Below, in pieces: positions 53,401 to 64,000 of a DNA stretch of 64,000 nucleotides (its first letter is position 1; the number at the start of each line of letters is the position of its first letter). Under the pieces are notes generated by a model. It was not told where the DNA came from. It saw only the letters and a program-made list of their open reading frames with translations, and ran no database searches. The DNA is from Antedon mediterranea (Eukaryota > Animalia > Echinodermata). The stretch is from contig NC_092671.1 of NCBI RefSeq assembly GCF_964355755.1, positions 21,283,317 to 21,347,316 of the forward strand. The letters run 5' to 3'. A program made the position numbers and the translations under genes.

Positions 53401-55371
53401 AAACACCAAAGTGCTTAGAATAGCTTCAAATCGCATTTGGAGACGTTTTAGACCAATTTGTGATTTTCGAAAAAACTTGGTTACACAAAAACATCAAAGT
53501 GGATAAAAGCACATTATAAACCGTTTTAGACCATTTTGAGCATTTCGATAACACATTTCACACAAAAACATCAAAGAGCACAAAATAGCTTAATATCGTA
53601 TTTAAAAACGTTTTAAACCATTTTGAGCATTTCGACAAAACTTTTTCACACAAAACACCAAAGTGTTTAGAAAAGCTTCAAATCGCATTTGGAGACGTTT
53701 TAGACCATTTTGGGATTTTCGAAAAAACTTGTTAACATAAAAACACCAAAGTGCTTAGAATAGCTTCAAATCGCATTTGAAGACGTTTTAGACCATTTTG
53801 TAATTTTCGAAAAAACTTGTTAACATAAAAACACCAAAATGTTTAGAATAGCTTCAAATCGCATTTGGAGACGTTTTAGACCATTTTGTGATTTTCGAAA
53901 AAACTTGTTAACACAAAAACACCAAAGTGATTAGAATAGCTTCAAATCGCATTTGGAGACGTTTTAGACCATTTTGGGATTTTCGAAAAAACTTGTTAAC
54001 ATAAAAACACCAAAGTGATTAGAATAGCTTCAAATCGCATTTGGAGACGTTTTAGACCATTTTGTGCATTTCGATGAAACTTGGTTACGCAAAAACATCA
54101 AAGTAATAATCACATTATAAACAGTTTTAGACCATTTTGAGCATATCGATAAAACTTTTTACACAAAACACCAAAGTGCTTAGAATAGCTTCAAATCGCA
54201 TTTGGAGACGTTTTAGACCATTTTGTGATTTTCGACAAAACTTTTTCACACAAAACACCAAAGTGCTTAGAATACCTTCAAATCGCATTTGGAGACGTTT
54301 TAGACCATTTTGTGATTTTCGAAAAAACTTGTTAACATAAAAACATCAAAGTGTACAGATTAGCTTCAAATCGCATTTGGAGACGTTTTAGACCATTTTG
54401 TGATTTTCGAAAAAACTTGTTAACATAAAAACACCAAAGTGCTTAGAATAGCTTCAAATCGCATTAGGAGACGTTTTAGACCATTTTGTTATTTTCGAAA
54501 AAACTTGTTAACATAAAAACACCAAAATGTTTAGAATAGCTTCAAATCGCATTTGGAGACGTTTTAGACCATTTTGTGATTTTCGAAAAAACTTGTTAAC
54601 ATAAAAACACCAAAGTGCTTAGAATACCTTCAAATCGCATTTGGAGACGTTTTAGACCATTTTGTGATTTTCCAAAAAACTTGTTAACATAAAAACATCA
54701 AAGTGTACAGAATAGCTTCAAATCGCATTTGGAGACGTTTTAGACCATTTTGTGATTTTCGAAAAAACTTGTTAACATAAAAACACCAAAGTGCTTAGAA
54801 TAGCTTCAAATCGCATTAGGAGACGTTTTAGACCATTTTGTGATTTTCGAAAAAACTTGTTAACATAAAAACACCAAAGTGCTTAGAATAGCTTCAAATC
54901 GCATTTGGAGACGTTTTAGACCATTTTGTGATTTTCGAAAAAACTTGTTAACATAAAAACACCAAAATGTTTAGAATAGCTTCAAATCACATTTGGAGAC
55001 GTTTTAGACCATTTTGTGATTTTCGAAAAAACTTGTTAACACAAAAACACCAAAGTGATTAGAATAGCTTCAAATCGCATTTGGAGACGTTTTAGACCAA
55101 TTTGTGCATTTCGATGAAACTTGGTTACGCAAAAACATCAAAGTGCTTAAAATCACATTATAAACCGTTTTAGACCATTTTGAGCATATCGATAACACTT
55201 TTCACACAAAAACATCAAAGAGCACAATATAGCTTAATATCTTATTTAAAAACGTTTTAGACCATTTTGAGCATTTCGACAAAACTTTTTCACACAAAAC
55301 ACCAAAGTGCTTAGAATAGCTTCAAATCGCATTTGGAGACGTTTTAGACCATTTTGTGATTTTCGAAAAAA

Positions 55372-56929
55372 CTTTTTCACACAAAACACCAAAGTGCTTA
55401 GAATACCTTCAAATCGCATTTGGAGACGTTTTAGACCATTTTGTGATTTTCGAAAAAACTTGTTAACATAAAAACATCAAAGTGTACAGAATAGCTTCAA
55501 ATCGCATTTGGAGACGTTTTAGACCATTTTGTGATTTTCGAAAAAACTTGTTAACATAAAAACACCAAAGTGCTTAGAATAGCTTCAAATCGCATTAGGA
55601 GACGTTTTAGACCATTTTGTGATTTTCGAAAAAACTTGTTAACACAAAAACACCAAAGTGCTTAGAATAGCTTCAAATCGCATTTGGAGACGTTTTAGAC
55701 CATTTTGTGATTTTCGAAAAAACTTGTTAACATTAAAACACCAAAATGTTTAGAATAGCTTCAAATCGCATTTGGAGACGTTTTAGACCATTTTGTGATT
55801 TTCGAAAAAACTTGTTAACACAAAAACACCAAAGTGATTAGAATAGCTTCAAATCGCATTTGGAGACGTTTTAGACCATTTTGTGCATTTCGATGAAACT
55901 TGGTTACGGAAAAACATCAAAGTGCTTAAAATCACATTATAAACCGTTTTAGACCATTTTGAGCATATCGATAACACTTTTCACACAAAAACATCAAAGA
56001 GCACAATATAGCTTAATATCGTATTTAAAAACGTTTTAGACCATTTTGAGCATTTCGACAAAACTTTTTCACACAAAACACCAAAGTGCTTAGAATAGCT
56101 TCAAATCGCATTTGGAGACGTTTTAGACCATTTTGTGATTTTCGAAAAAACTTTTTCACACAAAACACCAAAGTGCTTAGAATACCTTCAAATCGCATTT
56201 GGAGACGTTTTAGACCATTTTGTGATTTTCGAAAAAACTTGTTAACATAAAAACATCAAAGTGTACAGAATAGCTTCAAATCGCATTTGGAGACGTTTTA
56301 GACCATTTTGTGATTTTCGAAAAAACTTGTTAACATAAAAACACCAAAGTGCTTAGAATAGCTTCAAATCGCATTAGGAGACGTATTAGACCATTTTGTG
56401 ATTTTCGAAAAAACTTGTTAACACAAAAACACCAAAGTGCTTAGAATAGCTTCAAATCGCATTTGGAGACGTTTTAGACCATTTTGTGATTTTCGAAAAA
56501 ACTTGTTAACATTAAAACACCAAAATGTTTAGAATAGCTTCAAATCGCATTTGGAGACGTTTTAGACCATTTTGTGATTTTCGAAAAAACTTGTTAACAC
56601 AAAAACACCAAAGTGATTAGAATAGCTTCAAATCGCATTTGGAGACGTTTTAGACCATTTTGTGCATTTCGATGAAACTTGGTTACGGAAAAAAATCAAA
56701 GTGCTTAAAATCACATTATAAACCGTTTTAGACCATTTTGAGCATATCGATAACACTTTTCACACAAAAACATCAAAGAGCACAATATAGCTTAATATCG
56801 TATTTAAAAACGTTTTAGACCATTTTGAGCATTTCGACAAAACTTTTTCACACAAAACACCAAAGTGCTTAGAATAGCTTCAAATCGCATTTGGAGACGT
56901 TTTAGACCATTTTGTGATTTTCGAAAAAA
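55372..56929 (+). repeat. 779-bp (9-monomer) tandem duplication, boundaries approximate
   Basis: GAAAAAACTTTTTCACAC at ~55372 and ~56151; AACATTAAAAC and TTACGGAAAA variants repeat at the same offset. Confidence 0.85.
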
Positions 56930-58919
56930 CTTGTTAACATAAAAACATCAAAGGGCTAAGAATAGCTTCAAATCGCATTTGGAGACATTTTAGACCAATT
57001 AGTGATTTTCGAAAAAACTTGGTTACACAAAAACATCAAAGTGGTTAAAATCACATTATAAACCGTTTTAGACCATTTTGAGCATTTCGATAACACTTTT
57101 TACACAAAAACATCAAAGTGCTTAGAATAGCTTCAAATCGCATTTGGAGACGTTTTAGACCATTTTGTGATTTTCGAAAAAAACTTTTTAACATAAAAAC
57201 ACCAAACTGCTAAGAATAGCTTCAAATCGCATATGGAGACAATTTAGACCATTTTGTGATTTTCGAAAAAACTTGTTAACATAAAAACACCAAAGTGCTT
57301 AGAATACCTTCAAATCGCATTTGGAGACGTTTTAGACCATTTTGTGATTTTCCAAAAAACTTGTTAACATAAAAACATCAAAGTGTACAGAATAGCTTCA
57401 AATCGCATTTGGAGACGTTTTAGACCATTTTGTGATTTTCGAAAAAACTTGTTAACATAAAAACACCAAAGTGCTTAGAATAGCTTCAAATCGCATTAGG
57501 AGACGTTTTAGACCATTTTGTGATTTTCGAAAAAACTTGTTAACATAAAAACACCAAAGTGCTTAGAATAGCTTCAAATCGCATTTGGAGACGTTTTAGA
57601 CCATTTTGTGATTTTCGAAAAAACTTGTTAACATCAAAACACCAAAATGTTTAGAATAGCTTCAAATCACATTTGGAGACGTTTTAGACCATTTTGTGAT
57701 TTTCGAAAAAACTTGTTAACACAAAAACACCAAAGTGATTAGAATAGCTTCAAATCGCATTTGGAGACGTTTTAGACCAATTTGTGCATTTCGATGAAAC
57801 TTGGTTACGCAAAAACATCAAAGTGCTTAAAATCACATTATAAACCGTTTTAGACCATTTTGAGCATATCGATAACACTTTTCACACAAAAACATCAAAG
57901 AGCACAATATAGCTTAATATCTTATTTAAAAACGTTTTAGACCATTTTGAGCATTTCGACAAAACTTTTTCACACAAAACACCAAAGTGCTTAGAATAGC
58001 TTCAAATCGCATTTGGAGACGTTTTAGACCATTTTGAGATTTTCGAAAAAACTTGTTAACATAAAAACATCAAAGTGCTAAGAATAGCTTCAAATCGCAT
58101 TTGGAGACATTTTAGACCAATTAGTGATTTTCGAAAAAACTTGGTTACACAAAAACATCAAAGTGGTTAAAATCACATTATAAACCGTTTTAGACCATTT
58201 TGAGCATTTCGATAACACTTTTCACACAAAAACATCAAAGTGCTTAGAATAGCTTCAAATCGCATTTGGAGACGTTTTAGACCATTTTGTGATTTTCGAA
58301 AAAAACTTTTTAACATAAAAACACCAAACTGCTAAGAATAGCTTCAAATCGCATATGGAGACAATTTAGACCATTTTGTGATTTTCGAAAAAACTTGTTA
58401 ACATAAAAACACCAAAGTGCTTAGAATACCTTCAAATCGCATTTGGAGACATTTTAGACCATTTTGTGATTTTCGAAAAAACTTGTTAACATAAAAACAT
58501 CAAAGTGCTAAGAATAGCTTCCAATCGCATTTGGAGACGTTTTAGACCATTTTGTGATTTTCGAAAACAACTTGTTAACATAAAAACACCAAAGTGCTTA
58601 GAATAGCTTCAAATCGCATTTGGAGACGTTTTAGACCAATTTGTGATTTTCGAAAAAACTTGGTTACACAAAAACATCAAAGTGGATAAAATCACATTAT
58701 AAACCGTTTTAGACCATTTTGAGCATATCGATAACACTTTTCACACAAAAACATCAAAGACCACAATATAGCTTAATATCGTATTTAAAAACGTTTTAGA
58801 CCATTTTGAGCATTTCGACAAAACTTTTTCACACAAAACACCAAAGTGCTTAGAATAGCTTCAAATCGCATTTGGAGACGTTTTAGACCATTTTGTGATT
58901 TTCGAAAAAACTTGTTAAC

Positions 58920-61900
58920 ATAAAAACATCAAAGTGCTAAGAATAGCTTCAAATCGAATTTGGAGACATTTTAGACCAATTAGTGATTTTCGAAAAAACT
59001 TGGTTACACAAAAACATCAAAGTGGTTAAAATCACATTATAAACCGTTTTAGACCATTTTGAGCATTTCGATAACACTTTTCACACAAAAACATCAAAGT
59101 GCTTAGAATAGCTTCAAATCGCATTTGGAGACGTTTTAGACCATTTTGTGATTTTCGAAAAAAACTTTTTAACATAAAAACACCAAACTGCTAAGAATAG
59201 CTTCAAATCGCATATGGAGACAATTTAGACCATTTTGTGATTTTCGAAAAAACTGGTTAACATAAAAACACCAAAGTGCTTAGAATACCTTCAAATCGCA
59301 TTTGGAGACATTTTAGACCATTTTGTGATTTTCGAAAAAACTTGTTAACATAAAAACATCAAAGTGCTAAGAATAGCTTCCAATCGCATTTGGAGACGTT
59401 TTAGACTATTTTGTGATTTTCGAAAACAACTTGTTAACATAAAAACACCAAAGTGCTTCGAATAGCTTCAAATCGCATTTGGAGACGTTTTAGACCAATT
59501 TGTGATTTTCGAAAAAACTTGGTTACACAAAAACATCAAAGTGGATAAAATCACATTATAAACCGTTTTAGACCATTTTGAGCATTTCGATAACACATTT
59601 CACACAAAAACATCAAAGAGCACAAAATAGCTTAATATCGTATTTAAAAACGTTTTAAACCATTTTGAGCATTTCGACAAAACTTTTTCACACAAAACAC
59701 CAAAGTGTACAGAATAGCTTCAAATCGCATTTGGAGACGTTTTAGACCATTTTGTGATTTTCGAAAAAACTTGTTAATATAAAAACACCAAAGTACTTAG
59801 AATAGCTTCAAATCGCATTTGGAGACGTTGTAGACCATTTTGTGATTTTCGAAAAAACTTGTTAACATAAAAACACCAAAGTTTACAGAATAGCTTCAAA
59901 TCGCATTTGGAGACGTTTTAGACAATTTTGTGCATTTCGATGAAACTTGGTTACACAAAAACATCAAAGTGCTTAAAATCACATTATAAACCGTTTTAGA
60001 CCATTTGAGCATTTCCATAACACTTTTCACACAAAAACATCAAAGGGCACAATATAGCTTAATATCCTATTTAAAAACGTTTTAGACCATTTTGAGCATT
60101 TCGACAAAACTTTTTCACACAAAACACCAAAGTGCTTAGAATACCTTCAAATCGCATTTGGAGACGTTTTAGACCATTTTGTGATTTTCGAAAAAACTTA
60201 ACATAAAAACATCAAAGTTTACAGAATAGCTTCAAATCGCATTTGGAGACGTTTTAAACCATTTTGTGATTTTCGAAAAAACTTGTTAACATAAAAACAC
60301 CAAAATGTTTAGAATAGCTTCAAATCGCATTTGGAGACGTTTTAGACCATTTTGTGATTTTCGAAAAAACTTGTTAACACAAAAACACCAAAGTGATTAG
60401 AATAGCTTCAAATCGCATTTGGAGACGTTTTAGACCATTTTGTGATTTTCGAAAAAACTTGTTAACATAAAAACACCAAAGTGATTAGAATAGCTTCAAA
60501 TCGCATTTGGAGACGTTTTAGACCATTTTGTGCATTTCGATGAAACTTGGTTACGCAAAAACATCAAAGTGCTTAAAATCACATTATAAACCGTTTTAGA
60601 CCATTTTGAGCATATCGATAACAATTTTTACACAAAACGCCAAAGTGCTTAGAATAGCTTCAAATCGCATTTGGAGACGTTTTAGACCATTTTGTGATTT
60701 TTGAAAAAAACTTTTTAACATAAAAACACCAAACTGCTAAGAATAGCTTCAAATCGCATATGGAGACAATTTAGACCATTTTGTGATTTTCGAAAAAACT
60801 TGTTAACATAAAAACACCAAAGTGCTTAGAATACCTTCAAATCGCATTTGGAGACGTTTTAGACCATTTTGTGATTTTCCAAAAAACTTGTTAACATAAA
60901 AACATCAAAGTGCTAAGAATAGCTTCAAATCGAATTTGGAGACATTTTAGACCAATTAGTGATTTTCGAAAAAACTTGGTTACACAAAAACATCAAAGTG
61001 GTTAAAATCACATTATAAACCGTTTTAGACCATTTTGAGCATTTCGATAACACTTTTCACACAAAAACATCAAAGTGCTTAGAATAGCTTCAAATCGCAT
61101 TTGGAGACGTTTTAGACCATTTTGTGATTTTCGAAAAAAACTTTTTAACATAAAAACACCAAACTGCTAAGATTAGCTTCAAATCGCATATGGAGACAAT
61201 TTAGACCATTTTGTGATTTTCGAAAAAACTGGTTAACATAAAAACACCAAAGTGCTTAGAATACCTTCAAATCGCATTTGGAGACATTTTAGACCATTTT
61301 GTGATTTTCGAAAAAACTTGTTAACATAAAAACATCAAAGTGCTAAGAATAGCTTCCAATCGCATTTGGAGACGTTTTAGACTATTTTGTGATTTTCGAA
61401 AACAACTTGTTAACATAAAAACACCAAAGTGCTTCGAATAGCTTCAAATCGCATTTGGAGACGTTTTAGACCAATTTGTGATTTTCGAAAAAACTTGGTT
61501 ACACAAAAACATCAAAGTGGATAAAATCACATTATAAACCGTTTTAGACCATTTTGAGCATTTCGATAACACATTTCACACAAAAACATCAAAGAGCACA
61601 AAATAGCTTAATATCGTATTTAAAAACGTTTTAAACCATTTTGAGCATTTCGACAAAACTTTTTCACACAAAACACCAAAGTGTACAGAATAGCTTCAAA
61701 TCGCATTTGGAGACGTTTTAGACCATTTTGTGATTTTCGAAAAAACTTGTTAATATAAAAACACCAAAGTACTTAGAATAGCTTCAAATCGCATTTGGAG
61801 ACGTTGTAGACCATTTTGTGATTTTCGAAAAAACTTGTTAACATAAAAACACCAAAGTTTACAGAATAGCTTCAAATCGCATTTGGAGACGTTTTAGACA

Positions 61901-62676
61901 ATTTTGTGCATTTCGATGAAACTTGGTTACACAAAAACATCAAAGTGCTTAAAATCACATTATAAACCGTTTTAGACCATTTGAGCATTTCCATAACACT
62001 TTTCACACAAAAACATCAAAGGGCACAATATAGCTTAATATCCTATTTAAAAACGTTTTAGACCATTTTGAGCATTTCGACAAAACTTTTTCACACAAAA
62101 CACCAAAGTGCTTAGAATACCTTCAAATCGCATTTGGAGACGTTTTAGACCATTTTGTGATTTTCGAAAAAACTTAACATAAAAACATCAAAGTTTACAG
62201 AATAGCTTCAAATCGCATTTGGAGACGTTTTAAACCATTTTGTGATTTTCGAAAAAACTTGTTAACATAAAAACACCAAAATGTTTAGAATAGCTTCAAA
62301 TCGCATTTGGAGACGTTTTAGACCATTTTGTGATTTTCGAAAAAACTTGTTAACACAAAAACACCAAAGTGATTAGAATAGCTTCAAATCGCATTTGGAG
62401 ACGTTTTAGACCATTTTGTGATTTTCGAAAAAACTTGTTAACATAAAAACACCAAAGTGATTAGAATAGCTTCAAATCGCATTTGGAGACGTTTTAGACC
62501 ATTTTGTGCATTTCGATGAAACTTGGTTACGCAAAAACATCAAAGTGCTTAAAATCACATTATAAACCGTTTTAGACCATTTTGAGCATATCGATAACAA
62601 TTTTTACACAAAACGCCAAAGTGCTTAGAATAGCTTCAAATCGCATTTGGAGACGTTTTAGACCATTTTGTGATTT
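58920..62676 (+). repeat. Near-tandem duplication with 1976-bp offset, boundaries approximate
   Basis: Private variants at 59255/61231 (AACTGGTTAAC), 59459/61435 (GCTTCGAATA) and 60624/62600 (AACAATTTT). Confidence 0.88.
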
Positions 62677-64000
62677 TCGACAAAACTTTTTCACACAAAA
62701 CACCAAAGTGCTTAGAATACCTTCAAATCGCATTTGGAGACGTTTTAGACCATTTTGTGATTTTCGAAAAAACTTGTTAACATAAAAACATCAAAGTGTA
62801 CAGAATAGCTTCAAATCGCATTTGGAGACGTTTTAGACCATTTTGTGATTTTCGAAAAAACTTGTTAACATAAAAACACCAAAGTGCTTAGAATAGCTTC
62901 AAATCGCATTAGGAGACGTTTTAGACCATTTTGTGATTTTCGAAAAAACTTGTTAACATAAAAACACCAAAGTGCTTAGAATAGCTTCAAATCGCATTTG
63001 GAGACGTTTTAGACCATTTTGTGATTTTCGAAAAAACTTGTTAACATAAAAACACCAAAGTTCTTAAAATAGCTTCAAATCGCATTTGGAGACGTTTTAG
63101 ACCATTTTGTGATTTTCGAAAAAACTTGTTAACATAAAAACACCAAAGTGCTTAGAATAGCTTCAAATCGCATTTGGAGACGTTTTAGACCATTTTGGGA
63201 TTTTTGAAAAAACTTGTTAACATAAAAACACCAAAGTTCTTAGAATAGCTTCAAATCGCATTTGGAGACGTTTTAGACCATTTTGTGCATTTCGATGAAA
63301 CTTGGTTACACAAAAACATCAAAGTGCTTAAAATCACGTTATAAACCGTTTTAGACCATTTGAGCATTTCGATAACACTTTTCACACAAAAACATCAAAG
63401 GGCACAATATAGCTTAATATCCTATTTAAAAACGTTTTAGACCATTTTGAGCATTTCGACAAAACTTTTTCACGCAAAACACCAAAGTGCTTAGAATACC
63501 TTCAAATCGCATTTGGAGACGTTTTAGACAATTTTGTGATTTTCGAAAAAACTTGTTAACATAAAAACATCAAAGTTTACAGAATAGCTTCAAATCGCTT
63601 TTGGAGACGTTTTAGACAATTTTGTGATTTTCGAAAAAACTTGTTAACATAAAAACACCAAAGTGCTTAGAATAGCTTCAAATCGCATTGGGAGACGTTT
63701 TAGACCATTTTGTGATTTTCGAAAAAACTTGTTAACATAAAAACATCAAAGTGTACAGAATAGCTTCAAATCGCATTTGGAGACGTTTTAGACCATTTTG
63801 TGATTTTCGAAAAAACTTGTTAACATAAAAACACCAAAGTGCTTAGAATAGCTTCAAATCGCATTTGGAGACGTTTTAAACCATTTTGTGATTTTCGAAA
63901 AAACTTGTTAACATAAAAACACCAAAATGTTTAGAATAGCTTCAAATCGCATTTGGAGACGTTTTAGACCATTTTGTGATTTTCGAAAAAACTTGTTAAC

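Larger units (their letters stand above)
1..64000 (+). repeat. Tandem satellite DNA array, 88-bp basic monomer, head-to-tail, with irregular higher-order structure; runs off both window ends
   Basis: CGAAAAAACT recurs at 901, 989 and 1077 (88-bp period). The same monomer family continues to 64000, interrupted only by four copies of a 353-bp insert. Confidence 0.99.
48360..64000 (+). repeat. ~16 kb block duplicating ~18160-34257
   Basis: The offset steps 30200, 27252, 27076, 27855, 29831, 29743. Each step is explained by an identified duplication or whole-monomer deletion. Confidence 0.88.

Noticed and set aside
1-64000. CRISPR array or other prokaryotic repeat system
   Set aside because: There are no unique spacers between repeats and no cas or other genes; the monomers are contiguous head-to-tail.
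1-64000. Species assignment or named satellite family
   Set aside because: I cannot recognise the monomer with confidence; this needs a database search.

Overview
The whole 64 kb window is a single-orientation, AT-rich eukaryotic satellite array with no credible protein-coding gene. It has an 88-bp consensus monomer (AAAAACACCAAAGTGCTTAGAATAGCTTCAAATCGCATTTGGAGACGTTTTAGACCATTTTGTGATTTTCGAAAAAACTTGTTAACAT), a 77-bp deletion variant and a divergent AT-richer variant, arranged in irregular higher-order blocks. The only non-satellite sequence I found is a 353-bp tRNA-derived SINE, present four times (1384, 19938, 22886, 50138). It has Pol III boxes A/B, a central domain resembling the Deu/Nin SINE core, a highly structured 3' half and an A-rich tail. 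All four copies sit at the same monomer position with the same flanking variants, which indicates one insertion later multiplied by array duplication. Diagnostic variants reveal nested duplications (251, 512, 779, 867, 1976, 2948 bp and a ~16 kb block at ~30 kb offset), a breakpoint mappable to 2-3 bp, and a divergent zone near 43-46.5 kb. The source is probably an invertebrate metazoan and the region may be (peri)centromeric; both are inferences. All comparisons were made by eye.
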